62,208 nt of DNA, from the NCBI GenBank assembly GCA_944354725.1, contig CALVQA010000039.1:1-62208 (forward strand). The letters run 5' to 3'. The DNA is from an uncultured Clostridia bacterium. GTDB taxonomy: Bacteria; Bacillota; Clostridia; Christensenellales; Borkfalkiaceae. How positions within the stretch are numbered: the stretch's first letter is position 1; every line of letters starts with the position of its first letter. Positions 28,059 to 37,530 of the stretch are shown here, piece after piece. The translations under genes and the position numbers were made by a program. Below the pieces are notes generated by a model. The model ran no database searches and was not told the origin of the DNA. It worked only from the letters and a program-made list of their open reading frames with translations.

Positions 28059-29387
28059 TCAGTCGGTTTCCGAAAGGATCTTTTTTGCGATGTCGTATAT
28101 GTCGCCCGCGCCGAGAAACAGCACGGTATCGCCGTCGCCCGCGGCGGACATGAATTTTGTTATATCCTCCGCGCATTCGCCGTATCTGCTCTTTCTTACC
28201 GCGCGCGAAAGCGTGAACGCGCAGCCCTCCTCATCGAAGTATTCGCGGGCGGCATAGGTACGGTATATCAACAGCCTGTGCACTCGCGAAAGCACCGCAA
28301 CGAATTGAGCAAACAAGTTCTTCGTGCGGGAGTAAGTGTGCGGCTGAAACACCACGAACAATTTCCCTTCGGTTATCTTTCCCGCGGTTTTCAACGCGGC
28401 GGCGATCTCTGCCGGATGATGAGCATAGTCGGCGACGCATCTCGCTCCTCCGTAATTGCCCAATAACTGCATCCGCCTCTCCACCCCTTCAAACTCCTCC
28501 AGCCCGCGCATTATACCGTCGAAACTTATGCCGTGAACATATGACGCTGCCGCCGCCGCGAGCGCGTTATGCACGTTGTGCTTTCCGGGCACCGAAAGAG
28601 AAACTCTCCCCTCCGTCTTGCCGAAGGCCTCCAGCTCGAACGAATAACAGCCGTCCGAGCATTCCGCATTGCGTGCCCGAAAACTCGCTCCTCGCCCCGT
28701 ACCGAAAGTTACGGCGCCGCTGACCTTTTCGGCCAGCGCCCCGCACGCCACCACGGCGTTGGAAGCGCGGGACGCAAAACGGCGATAGCATTCCAGCAGC
28801 TCGCCTTCGTCCCTGTAACATTCGAGATGATCGGCGTCCGTATTCAGCACGACCGCCGTATCGGCATCTATAAGCAAAAAATTCTTTTTGTATTCGCATG
28901 CTTCGGTTATGAAGCAATCGTTCCCGAACGAACAAAAATTAGAAAACTGAAGGGAATTTCCGCCGATGTGCGCCGAGAACCTCTTGCCTGCGGCATAAAA
29001 TATCGAAGCGAGCATCGCCGTACAGGTCGTTTTGCCGTGGGCGCCGGCAACTGCCGTAACATCGGCAAACTTAGCGCATGCCGCGGCAAGGAACTTCGCG
29101 CGGGAAAAGGCCGGCTTATTCAAAGACAGCGCATATCTCAGATCCGCGTCGTCGCGACACACCGCGTCGGTATACACCACGGCGTCGTACGAGGCGGGCC
29201 CGCCGACGCCCCCGCGAAAGATCTTTACGCCGAACCCGCGCAGCCGCTCCGCAGCCTCCGCGTCGCGATCGCTGCCGCCGACACGCTTGCCCTGCGTGAG
29301 GGCGAACCTGGCGAGCGCGCTCATGCTTATTCCCGCTATCCCTATAAAATAGAAACTTCCGAAACGCGTCAAAACATCGTCACGCAT
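28059..29387 (-). CDS. murC: UDP-N-acetylmuramate--L-alanine ligase
   Basis: FIGIAGISMSALA is present, the P-loop is VAGAHGKTT, and a Mur ligase C-terminal domain follows. The track start at 29444 is TTG. The ATG at 29387 is chosen, though no clear RBS supports it. Confidence 0.85.
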   Translation of the reverse strand: MRDDVLTRFGSFYFIGIAGISMSALARFALTQGKRVGGSDRDAEAAERLRGFGVKIFRGGVGGPASYDAVVYTDAVCRDDADLRYALSLNKPAFSRAKFLAAACAKFADVTAVAGAHGKTTCTAMLASIFYAAGKRFSAHIGGNSLQFSNFCSFGNDCFITEACEYKKNFLLIDADTAVVLNTDADHLECYRDEGELLECYRRFASRASNAVVACGALAEKVSGAVTFGTGRGASFRARNAECSDGCYSFELEAFGKTEGRVSLSVPGKHNVHNALAAAAASYVHGISFDGIMRGLEEFEGVERRMQLLGNYGGARCVADYAHHPAEIAAALKTAGKITEGKLFVVFQPHTYSRTKNLFAQFVAVLSRVHRLLIYRTYAAREYFDEEGCAFTLSRAVRKSRYGECAEDITKFMSAAGDGDTVLFLGAGDIYDIAKKILSETD

Positions 29388-29472
29388 AGTAAATTTTATT
29401 AAAAAAGTTGTTACATTAGCACGCTTTATAAAATTTTGTCGCAAAAAATTATTAAAAATTGTCGAAAAGCTA

Positions 29473-29501
29473 TTGTAATTTCAAACATTTTATTGTACAA
29501 T
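29473..29501 (+). promoter_or_regulatory. Putative spoVG promoter (TTGTAA-17 nt-TACAAT)
   Basis: The -35 is at 29473-29478 and the -10 at 29496-29501. Confidence 0.45.
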
Positions 29502-29536
29502 GGTTTTCATAAAAGTATAGTCTGGAGGTAAGCGCT

Positions 29537-29800
29537 ATGAAAATCTCAGACATACGAATCAGATTAGTCAGCAAGGAGGACAATAAATTAAAGGCTGTAG
29601 CCTCGATAACAATCGAAGATTGCTTTGCGGTTCACGACATTAAAGTTATCGAAGGCAACGACGGCGTATTTATTGCCATGCCGAGCAGGAAAACTAATGA
29701 TGGCGAATATAAGGATATTGCACATCCGCTTAATACCGAGACCCGAGACAAGATAAAAGAGGCAGTCCTTACGGCTTACTTTGACGCACTCAACAAATGA
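29537..29800 (+). CDS. spoVG: Septation protein SpoVG
   Basis: The sequence [11 protein letters not shown]......[38 protein letters not shown] matches SpoVG. A GGAGG RBS is present. Confidence 0.93.
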   Translation: MKISDIRIRLVSKEDNKLKAVASITIEDCFAVHDIKVIEGNDGVFIAMPSRKTNDGEYKDIAHPLNTETRDKIKEAVLTAYFDALNK

Positions 29801-29844
29801 GCTTTCTTTGGTTTGATCAGACGAATACTTGATTTGTAGGGGAG

Positions 29845-29875
29845 AAATGCGGCCGAAACGTTCGGCCGCATTTTT
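29845..29875 (+). terminator. spoVG terminator
   Basis: The sequence is aaatgcggccgaa-acg-ttcggccgcattttt. Confidence 0.75.
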
Positions 29876-29880
29876 CATAT

Positions 29881-29909
29881 AAAAAAAGCGGCGATAACGC
29901 CGCTTTTTT
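29881..29909 (-). terminator. ftsZ terminator (A/T-flanked hairpin)
   Basis: The sequence aaaaaaagcggcg-ataa-cgccgctttttt lies 22 nt after the ftsZ stop. Confidence 0.7.
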
Positions 29910-29930
29910 GATTGACTTATCGTTAAACGC

Positions 29931-31364
29931 TCACTCGCCCCTTCTGCCGAGATTCTTGAGAAGCTGAGCAAAGCGGGGAACGTTCTTTTCGGCAGGACGC
30001 TCTATAGTCTGCTGCGACTGCTGAGGCTGCTGAACGGGAGCCTGCTGAGGCTGATAAGGCTGCTGATACTGGGGCTGCTGATATTGAGCCTGCTGGTACT
30101 GAGGCTGCTGAACGGGAGCCTGCTGGGGCTGACCGTAAGGCTGCTGATACTGAGGCTGCTGCTGAGGATAGCGAGGCTGCTGATACTGGGGCTGAGGCTG
30201 AGGACGCTGCAGAGGCGACTGCTGCATGGTCGGCTGAGGACGCGAGGAAGGGATGGACGAAGTGTTCTGAGCCGCCGCCTGCTGAGCCGCATAGTAAGGA
30301 TCGGAAACCGAGAGACGGGAACCGCCGTATGCGGGCTGAGAATAGTTGTTGCGGAACACGCGCTGCTGATCGTCCTCGCGCTGCTGCTTGCCGCTCTCGT
30401 AGCCGGGGAAGCCGGTCGCGATCACGGTTATTTCGACCTCGTCCTGAACGTTGGGATCGATCCTGGCGCCGAATATAATGTTCGCCGATGCGTCTACAAC
30501 GCTCTTGACAAGTTCGGCGGCATCGTTTACTTCGTCGAACGTAAGGTCTTCGCCGCCTACAACGTTGAGTATGACGCCGCGCGCGCCCTCTATCGTAGTC
30601 GTGAGCAGCGGGCAGTTTACCGCCACCCTTACCGCCTCTATTATCCTGTTCTCGCCCTTGGCCACACCTACGCCGAGATGAGCCACGCCCTTGTCTTTGA
30701 GGATGGTCTTAACGTCCGCAAAGTCGAGATTGATGAGCGCGGGGTTGACGATGAGTTCGGCTATGCCCTTGATGCCCTGCTTGAGTATCTCGTCCGCAAC
30801 GCGGAGAGCTTCCTTCATCGGGGTGTTCTTGGGAACTACCGTGCGTATCTTGTCGTTGGGGATGATGATGAGGGTGTCAACGTACTTTTTGAGATTTTCA
30901 AGGCCCTTAACCGTGTTCTCCATACGTTTCTTGCCCTCGAAAGCAAAGGGCTCGGTCACCACTGCTACGGTAAGTATCTTCATATCGCGCGCGATCTTTG
31001 CGATCACGGGCGCAGCGCCGGTACCGGTACCGCCGCCCATGCCCGCGGTTATGAAGAGAAGGTCGGTATCCCTTACCGCATCGGTGAGAGCGTCTTTGCT
31101 CTCTTCGGCAGCCATGCGACCAACGTCGGGTTCGGCGCCCGCGCCGAGGCCCTTGGTAAGAGCGCTGCCTATCTGGATCTTGTTCTCGCAAGGCGACAAA
31201 GCAAGTATCTGACTGTCGGTATTGACAACATAATAGTCGGAGCACATGATGCCCGCCTCTATCATCCTGTTGACAGCGTTATTGCCTGCGCCGCCAACGC
31301 CTATTACTTTGATTTTGGCGCGGCCTGCGATGTTGGTAACGTTATCGTTAAAATCGTTAAACAT
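29931..31364 (-). CDS. ftsZ: Cell division GTPase FtsZ with a long Q/P/Y-rich C-terminal linker
   Basis: GVGGAGNNAV and GGGTGTGAAP are tubulin signatures, and the conserved C-terminal peptide is VPRFAQLLKNLG. The ATG at 31364 has GGAGG 7 nt upstream. The track start at 31370 is TTG. Confidence 0.96.
   Translation of the reverse strand: MFNDFNDNVTNIAGRAKIKVIGVGGAGNNAVNRMIEAGIMCSDYYVVNTDSQILALSPCENKIQIGSALTKGLGAGAEPDVGRMAAEESKDALTDAVRDTDLLFITAGMGGGTGTGAAPVIAKIARDMKILTVAVVTEPFAFEGKKRMENTVKGLENLKKYVDTLIIIPNDKIRTVVPKNTPMKEALRVADEILKQGIKGIAELIVNPALINLDFADVKTILKDKGVAHLGVGVAKGENRIIEAVRVAVNCPLLTTTIEGARGVILNVVGGEDLTFDEVNDAAELVKSVVDASANIIFGARIDPNVQDEVEITVIATGFPGYESGKQQREDDQQRVFRNNYSQPAYGGSRLSVSDPYYAAQQAAAQNTSSIPSSRPQPTMQQSPLQRPQPQPQYQQPRYPQQQPQYQQPYGQPQQAPVQQPQYQQAQYQQPQYQQPYQPQQAPVQQPQQSQQTIERPAEKNVPRFAQLLKNLGRRGE
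30005..30245. repeat. CTG/CAG-rich imperfect tandem repeats encoding the FtsZ linker
   Basis: ctgctgatactg(a/g)ggctg units are reiterated. A longer repeat, ctgaggctgctgaacgggagcctgctg, occurs at ~30022 and ~30101. The region encodes QPQYQQ-type repeats. Confidence 0.8.
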
Positions 31365-31400
31365 TTTCAACCTCCGTGTATGATTGACGGCGTTCAGCCG

Positions 31401-32561
31401 CTATCTAAAAATTTTTGAAATTATTGACAATACCGATGAATCTTCCCGCTCTTCCACAGCCGCGTCTATGAGGCTGAAAAGAGGGCCGAAACAAGGTTTA
31501 TTGTAAAAGGGGATCCCGGGCGCGGCCACTTCCACCTTGCGTGAAAGCCTGCTGCACATATAATCGACCGCACCGCGCACACACATGGCGCTTTCGCCCG
31601 TGATATTCAATGCTTTATAGTCGAGATTGCGCTCGGTAAAACTTGCGGCGCATTCTTCTATCGCCTCGCAGATGCCGTCGAGAGCTTCGCGTATCCTGTC
31701 TTTGACCTCATATGTGAGGAAACTGCAGGTGCGGCCCTCCGAAACGACCTCTATCGTGCCGTTCCTGCTTTCGACCGAATTGAGGTTTACCTTGCCGAGC
31801 AACTGCTCCGCCGCCTCGAACGAAACGCCGAGCGTTTCGGTAAGGTAGAGCGCGATGTGGCCGGCACCGAGCGAAAAACTTTCGCTGAACACGACGCCGT
31901 TGCCGCACGCCACGCTGAATGTGGAAGATATGAAGCCGAAATCGAACAACACCGCGTATTCGTCACGCTTTTCCGGCGAGAGCAGATACATGGCCTCCGC
32001 GCCCGCAGAGGGTATGTACCTTATGTCCGAAACAAGCCCCGTTCCCGAAAGAGCGCTCCGGCACGCCTCACAAAAAGAGGCGGCGCAAAGATAATGGCAC
32101 AACCTTCCGCGAAGGCTGTCCGAAGGAAGGCCGACGGGATCGACCACCCTGCGCATATCCGACAGAACGTAATACAGGCAACCCGAACCGATGTGCCTCC
32201 ATCCGCTTTTCTTTGCGGGGCGGGAGCTCTCTTCGAGAGCTTTCACGTCTCCGCGGCCGACACGCTTCGACGACTGGAAACTTATAGTATTATCGGTCAC
32301 GCAAACATCCGTAAATTCGCCAGGAACGCTTACGTACAGCGTCCCTATCCTGCCGCCGCAGGCTTCGGAAGTGCTTTTGACTACCGAACGAAACGCGCTT
32401 GCAAAGCTGCGCGCGTCGATGAGCTGCCCCTCGGCGAAACCGTCGTACCCACAGGAAAATTTACTTTTGATCACAAACGTTTTGTTCACTCCGCGCTCTG
32501 CCACCACGGCAGTCATATCGGAGGAACGGACGTCTACGACCGTAACGCTTTTATTGAGCAT
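31401..32561 (-). CDS. ftsA: FtsA-like actin-fold cell division protein with degenerate nucleotide-binding motifs
   Basis: It sits immediately upstream of ftsZ and has an FtsA-like length and layout, with a C-terminal amphipathic tail LSIISKIFR. The expected DIGTS and DIGGG motifs read DVRSS and DFGFISS. Confidence 0.65.
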   Translation of the reverse strand: MLNKSVTVVDVRSSDMTAVVAERGVNKTFVIKSKFSCGYDGFAEGQLIDARSFASAFRSVVKSTSEACGGRIGTLYVSVPGEFTDVCVTDNTISFQSSKRVGRGDVKALEESSRPAKKSGWRHIGSGCLYYVLSDMRRVVDPVGLPSDSLRGRLCHYLCAASFCEACRSALSGTGLVSDIRYIPSAGAEAMYLLSPEKRDEYAVLFDFGFISSTFSVACGNGVVFSESFSLGAGHIALYLTETLGVSFEAAEQLLGKVNLNSVESRNGTIEVVSEGRTCSFLTYEVKDRIREALDGICEAIEECAASFTERNLDYKALNITGESAMCVRGAVDYMCSRLSRKVEVAAPGIPFYNKPCFGPLFSLIDAAVEEREDSSVLSIISKIFR

Positions 32562-32631
32562 ACGAACTCCGTAAAAGGCACCGGAAAAGCATTTTTTATA
32601 AACGATGTCCCACCTGTGCCACTATGTATTA

Positions 32632-32661
32632 ATTATATAATAACAGCCCCTTTGATGTCAA
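32632..32661 (-). promoter_or_regulatory. Putative ftsA-ftsZ promoter (TTGACA-18 nt-TATAAT)
   Basis: The minus strand reads cTTGACAtcaaaggggctgttattaTATAATt. Confidence 0.55.
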
Positions 32662-32734
32662 GAAAAAACACGTTAAAAAAGCAGATGTTTGCACAATATA
32701 TTGTCCCTTGCTTACATTTTTTTACAAAATAAGC

Positions 32735-32767
32735 AAAAAAACGACGCCCGCGAAAACGGACGCCGTC
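32735..32767 (-). terminator. Terminator after the ftsQ-like gene
   Basis: The minus-strand hairpin GACGGCGUCCG-uuuucg-CGGGCGUCG is followed by UUUUUUU. Confidence 0.6.
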
Positions 32768-32809
32768 ATTTATAGCAAAAACATGCGCGCATGCGGCAAA
32801 AAGCCGACC

Positions 32810-33592
32810 TCACACGACCGTATCATCGGGAAGGATCACCCTTATCGCGCCGGACTGCGTCTCCATGCAGTACATCACGCCGCCGAGCTTAAGATAGTCG
32901 GGAGTGAGGTCGAAGGCATTGAACAGGGCCTCCGCTTTTTCGTCCGTGCGCACGCGGAAATCCCTTACCTCCATAGTAACGCCGCAGCGCAGTTTTATGC
33001 GGAGCAACTCGCCGAGGATCTTATCGTTTACGACGGTAACGCTCTCGGCAAAGGAACGGACGGAGGAGAACTTTTCGCCGAACGCCCTGCATACAGAACC
33101 GACGATGCCGTAGTCGTCCTCGGCGACGCCTTCAAGAAGCACATTGGGCGAGCCGTCGAGATTGTTTACATTCTCCGCCTTGAAAGCTATCGGAACGAGA
33201 TCGACGTCGAGCACGTTATAGCCCTGCCCGCCGTCGTCAGCCGCAGGCACGGCAAACACTTCGAGGCGCTCTTTTACCGTGACGTTTATCGTGCAGGGAT
33301 ATATCTTTTCAAGAGAGACGTATTCGGCATAACCGTCGGATCCGACTATTTCTTTTACGTCCGACTCGTTTACCGTGGCAATCGTCTTTCCCTCGAACCG
33401 GGCAAGCCCCTCTTTTATGCGCGCCACCGAGCCGGCAAATTCGTCCACTCCGTCTCCGTCGGCAACGGCGCCGTAATCTATCGTGAAGACGTTGATGTTG
33501 CGCACGGCAAACACTACGCTGAGCCCTATCGCCACGGCCGCGATGAATACGGCGGCGAGCACGAGAGCTATTGCTTTTCTTATGTACTTCAT
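32810..33592 (-). CDS. FtsQ/DivIB-like cell division protein (single TM plus POTRA-like region)
   Basis: The N-terminal TM is IALVLAAVFIAAVAIGLSVVFAV. The size and position between murA and ftsA fit FtsQ/DivIB. Sequence similarity is weak by eye. Confidence 0.6.
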   Translation of the reverse strand: MKYIRKAIALVLAAVFIAAVAIGLSVVFAVRNINVFTIDYGAVADGDGVDEFAGSVARIKEGLARFEGKTIATVNESDVKEIVGSDGYAEYVSLEKIYPCTINVTVKERLEVFAVPAADDGGQGYNVLDVDLVPIAFKAENVNNLDGSPNVLLEGVAEDDYGIVGSVCRAFGEKFSSVRSFAESVTVVNDKILGELLRIKLRCGVTMEVRDFRVRTDEKAEALFNAFDLTPDYLKLGGVMYCMETQSGAIRVILPDDTVV

Positions 33593-33664
33593 GAATTTTC
33601 TCCGTCCGCAAAAAATGCGGTTTCAACGGTATTTGATTGTTTATGAGCAAAACGAAAGATCTTT

Positions 33665-34921
33665 CTACACCGCCACCCGCACTATGTCCGCGCCGAGAGA
33701 GCGGAGCTTATATTCAAAATCTCCGTAGCCCCTGTCGATATGAGAGAGATCCAGGACCTCGCTTCTCCCCTCAGCGGAAAGCGCCGCGAGCACGAGCGCC
33801 GCGCCGCCGCGGAGATCGCAGGCGACTACCGTAGCGCCGGTGAACCTATCCACCCCGCGCACAAAGGCGTTCCTGTCTACGACGGTGACGTCCGCGCCCA
33901 TTTTTCTGAGCTCGGGAACATATTTGAAGCGCGTTTCGAACAGATTTTCGGTGACTATCGACTGCCCGCTGCATATGCAGCACAGAGCGGTCATCTGCGC
34001 CTGAAGATCTGTAGGAAAACCCGGGTACGGCTGCGTTTCCACCGATTTGACCGAAACGAGCCGCCCCTCCCTTTTTATATTTATTTTATCATTTTTTATA
34101 TCTATTTTGCAACCGTTTTCCCTAAGTTTATGTAAAAGCGAACTTATATTTTCTCCGCTTATCCCGTTCACGGAAACATCGCCGCCGCACATCGCCGCCG
34201 CAATGAGAAACGTGCCTGCCTCTATCCTGTCCGCCATGGGGCGGAACGTCGCGCCGCCGAGGCTTCGCACGCCGTCTATGACTATCGTGCCGCTGCCCGC
34301 ACCGCGCACTTTTGCGCCGAGCAGGTTCAGAAATTTTTGAAGATCCTCTATCTCCGGCTCGCGCGCGGCGTTCTTTATAACGGTCTCGCCTTCGGCCTTT
34401 ACGGCCGCCAGCATTATGTTTTCGGTGGCGCCCACGCTCGGACAATCGAGCATTATCTCGTTGCCGACGAGTTTTTTGCACCCGCAGAGGATATAGCCGT
34501 TGCTCTCCGTAATCGTCACGCCCAGCCTTTTAAGGCCGTTAAGGTGCAGATCGACAGGCCTGAGCCCTATGTCGCAACCCCCGGGATAAGCTATCCTCGC
34601 CCTGCCGAAGCGCGCGACGAGCGGCCCGAGCAGAAATACCGAGGATCTGAGAACATGGGCGAGCGCGCGAGGGATCTCCCAACAGCGAGCGGGCGACGGA
34701 TCGATGAAAATATCGTCGCCGTCGTATTCGGCGCGGCAGCCGAGGCAGGAGAGTATTTTCATCATGTTTTTTACGTCGGATATGCGGGGAGCGCCCGCGA
34801 CGCGCACCTCTTTTTCGGCGAGCACGGATGCGGCCAGCACCGGCAGAACGGAATTTTTGGCCGCCTGAACGCAGACCTCGCCGTATAACTTGTTCCCTCC
34901 GTTGACAATATATTTATCCAT
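33665..34921 (-). CDS. murA: UDP-N-acetylglucosamine 1-carboxyvinyltransferase
   Basis: The N-terminus reads MDKYIVNGGNKL.GEV....AKNS.LP.LAA, the active-site region is GGCDIG.RP.DLH, and the C-terminus is typical of MurA. The ATG at 34921 has GGAGA upstream. The track start at 35017 adds 32 atypical residues. Confidence 0.9.
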   Translation of the reverse strand: MDKYIVNGGNKLYGEVCVQAAKNSVLPVLAASVLAEKEVRVAGAPRISDVKNMMKILSCLGCRAEYDGDDIFIDPSPARCWEIPRALAHVLRSSVFLLGPLVARFGRARIAYPGGCDIGLRPVDLHLNGLKRLGVTITESNGYILCGCKKLVGNEIMLDCPSVGATENIMLAAVKAEGETVIKNAAREPEIEDLQKFLNLLGAKVRGAGSGTIVIDGVRSLGGATFRPMADRIEAGTFLIAAAMCGGDVSVNGISGENISSLLHKLRENGCKIDIKNDKINIKREGRLVSVKSVETQPYPGFPTDLQAQMTALCCICSGQSIVTENLFETRFKYVPELRKMGADVTVVDRNAFVRGVDRFTGATVVACDLRGGAALVLAALSAEGRSEVLDLSHIDRGYGDFEYKLRSLGADIVRVAV

Positions 34922-35034
34922 ATTATCTCCGTGTATGTAAATTCGTGCCACCGCCGAAACGCCGGCGGCGACAGGAAACGCCGACGGCGCGCAGTCGCGC
35001 GCCGTACGATAATTCATTATATGGAAAACGCTTT

Positions 35035-36186
35035 TTATTTGTTAAAGGAGGGCGCACGCGGCAACCCCGTAGAGACGGCCGAGCCGCGCGAAATATTGTA
35101 GAGCACGCCCATGGACGCCATGGTTATTATAAGAGAAGTGTTGCCGCTGGAAATGAGCGGAAGCGGCAAGCCCGTGGGAGGGATCGTGCCGCTGACGACA
35201 AGCGCGTTTATGACCACCTGTATGCCGTAGACGAGCGTGAATCCCGCGGCAAGGAGATAGCCGAACGGCTCCCCGCAGTTTTTTGCGATCCTCATCCCAC
35301 GCCATATTATAAAGGCGCAGCCGCAGAAAAACACCATGAGCCCGAAAAAACCGAGCTCCTCTCCCATCACCGATAAAATAAAATCGCTCTCGGCGAACGG
35401 AAGGAAACGATATTTCTGAGTGGAGTTGAACAACCCGACCCCGAACAATCCGCCGTTTCCCAAGGCATACAGCGACTGTATTAGCTGATAACCTTCGTCG
35501 AGCGGCGACGACCACGGATCGAGAAATGCCGAAAGACGCTCCAACCTGTACGGCTCGGCGATTATGAGCGCCGGAACGGCGAGCGCGCACGGGATGAGGA
35601 CGAGCGCGAACGTTTTAAGTCCTGTGCCGGCGAGGTATACGAGCGCGAGCATGAGCATCCCTATGCACATCGTTATAGACATGTTCGGCTCGAGAATGAC
35701 CAACAAGCAAAACAGCGCCCCGACGGCAAGGACCGGCAGAACGCCCGAAAAACTCTTAACTTTGCGGTAATTTTTACTGAAATACGCAGCCGCAAACAGA
35801 GCATACGCATACTTTGCCACTTCCGAAGGCTGAAGGGTGAGCGGACCGAGCCCTATCCAGCGAGTCGCGCCGTAATTCGTCACTCCCACGCCCGGCACGA
35901 ACACCAGGGCAAGCAGCGCTACGGCCGCGGCCACGGCGACGTATCTGAATCTGTACAGCCGGCGATAGGGAAAAAAACAAAAAAACGCCATGAGCGCACC
36001 GCCCGCCACCGCACCGAGCGCCTGTTTTTTAAAAAAATAAAACGCGTCGCCGTACTGAACCTTACCTACGTAACTGCTCGCCGAATATATCATCAGGCAT
36101 CCGAAGCACACCATAAGGCACACGCACACGAGCAGCGGCACATCGCCCCGAGGCCGTGCGGCGGGCACGCTTTTAAACGCCTTCAT
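35035..36186 (-). CDS. ftsW: FtsW/SpoVE (SEDS family) peptidoglycan glycosyltransferase
   Basis: It is a multi-pass membrane protein with SEDS motifs (FLPFAESDFI, P.TG.PLP.IS.G..S). The start overlaps the murD 3' end. Confidence 0.85.
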   Translation of the reverse strand: MKAFKSVPAARPRGDVPLLVCVCLMVCFGCLMIYSASSYVGKVQYGDAFYFFKKQALGAVAGGALMAFFCFFPYRRLYRFRYVAVAAAVALLALVFVPGVGVTNYGATRWIGLGPLTLQPSEVAKYAYALFAAAYFSKNYRKVKSFSGVLPVLAVGALFCLLVILEPNMSITMCIGMLMLALVYLAGTGLKTFALVLIPCALAVPALIIAEPYRLERLSAFLDPWSSPLDEGYQLIQSLYALGNGGLFGVGLFNSTQKYRFLPFAESDFILSVMGEELGFFGLMVFFCGCAFIIWRGMRIAKNCGEPFGYLLAAGFTLVYGIQVVINALVVSGTIPPTGLPLPLISSGNTSLIITMASMGVLYNISRGSAVSTGLPRAPSFNK

Positions 36187-37522
36187 CGCCTTTTACCATG
36201 CGAGCAAACGCGTCGCCGCGCTCCTCATAGCCGGAAAATTCGTCAAAGCTCGCGCTCGCTGGGCTGAGAAGCACGTTTTGCCCCGACTTTGCCGTATGAT
36301 CGGCAAGTTTTACCGCCATTTCGAAATCGTCGCAAAGCGAAAACGAATTGTATCCCGCCTCCTGCGCGGCGGCGAGCAGCCTGAACCTGTTTTCGCCGTA
36401 GAGCACGGTATGCACCACCCTGCTCTCCTTTATTTTTCTGAACAGCGGATAATATTCGTACCCCTTATCCTTGCCGCCGAGCAGCATCACCGTTTCGCGG
36501 CGCATACAGTCGATAGCCTTGATCGCGGCGTCGACGTTTGTTCCTTTACTGTCGTCGATATACGTTTTGCCGTCGCGCTCGCACACCGTTTCTATCCTGT
36601 GGCGCACGCCCTTGAAATCGCATACCGCCTTTGCCGCGACCTTCATATCCAGGCCCAAAGCCTTGGCCGCGCCTATCGCCGCGAGAGCGTTGTAAACATT
36701 GTGTTCGCCGCCCGCCTTCATCTCCGCCACGGAGAACACCCGCGCGCCGTCGCAGTACACCGCTCCGTTCTCGCACCACACGCCGTCGGTACGGGGGCGC
36801 ATGGAAAAAAAGATCACCCGGCAACGTATTTTTTCGGCAAAAGCGCTCACGGTCTTGTCGTCGGCGTTGAGCACGGCGTATTCGCTGCCGCGCAGATTAC
36901 GCAATATTTTACTCTTCAGAAATATGTAATTCTCCATATTATAGTGTCTGTTGAGGTGATCTTCGGTTATATTCGTGATCACCGCAACATGCGGACGAAG
37001 GCTGGAGAGCGTTTCGAGCTGAAAGGAAGAAACTTCTATGACTGCAAAATCGTCGAACCCGAGAGCCTCTGTCTCTCCGACGAGCGGATTGCCTATATTC
37101 CCGCACAAAACGGAATTTTTGCCGGCCGCTTTAAGGATGCCGTCTATCATGGAAACGGTGGTGGTCTTGCCGTTCGTCCCGGTAACGGCCACCGCCGTCG
37201 CCCTCAGATAGAGGGCGCCGAGCTCCTCTTCCCCTATTATGCACTTTCCCTGCCGCCTGAACGAGAGCGGCAGCGAATTGTCTATGGGGATGCCGGGACT
37301 GAGTACGAGCACGTCGCACAAATTCACCGCGCGCTCCAGCCCGTCGGAGTCGACGGGATGTGCGCCTATGAGCGCAAGCTCCGTCATGACCGCAGATATC
37401 TTGTCGCCCGCGACGTCGTCGTAAACATACACCTCCGCGCCGCGCTTAAGAAGAAATCGGGCAGAACTCTCACCCGATCTGGACATGCCGGCAACAAGAA
37501 ATTTCTGATTTTTGAAATACAC
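36173..37522 (-). CDS. murD: UDP-N-acetylmuramoylalanine--D-glutamate ligase
   Basis: The P-loop is VTGTNGKTTT, the N-terminus is a Rossmann fold (VAGMSRSG) and the C-terminus reads LLSPA.ASFD.F. The start is GTG with GAGGTG upstream. Confidence 0.9.
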   Translation of the reverse strand: MYFKNQKFLVAGMSRSGESSARFLLKRGAEVYVYDDVAGDKISAVMTELALIGAHPVDSDGLERAVNLCDVLVLSPGIPIDNSLPLSFRRQGKCIIGEEELGALYLRATAVAVTGTNGKTTTVSMIDGILKAAGKNSVLCGNIGNPLVGETEALGFDDFAVIEVSSFQLETLSSLRPHVAVITNITEDHLNRHYNMENYIFLKSKILRNLRGSEYAVLNADDKTVSAFAEKIRCRVIFFSMRPRTDGVWCENGAVYCDGARVFSVAEMKAGGEHNVYNALAAIGAAKALGLDMKVAAKAVCDFKGVRHRIETVCERDGKTYIDDSKGTNVDAAIKAIDCMRRETVMLLGGKDKGYEYYPLFRKIKESRVVHTVLYGENRFRLLAAAQEAGYNSFSLCDDFEMAVKLADHTAKSGQNVLLSPASASFDEFSGYEERGDAFARMVKGDEGV

Positions 37523-37530
37523 ATTTCACC

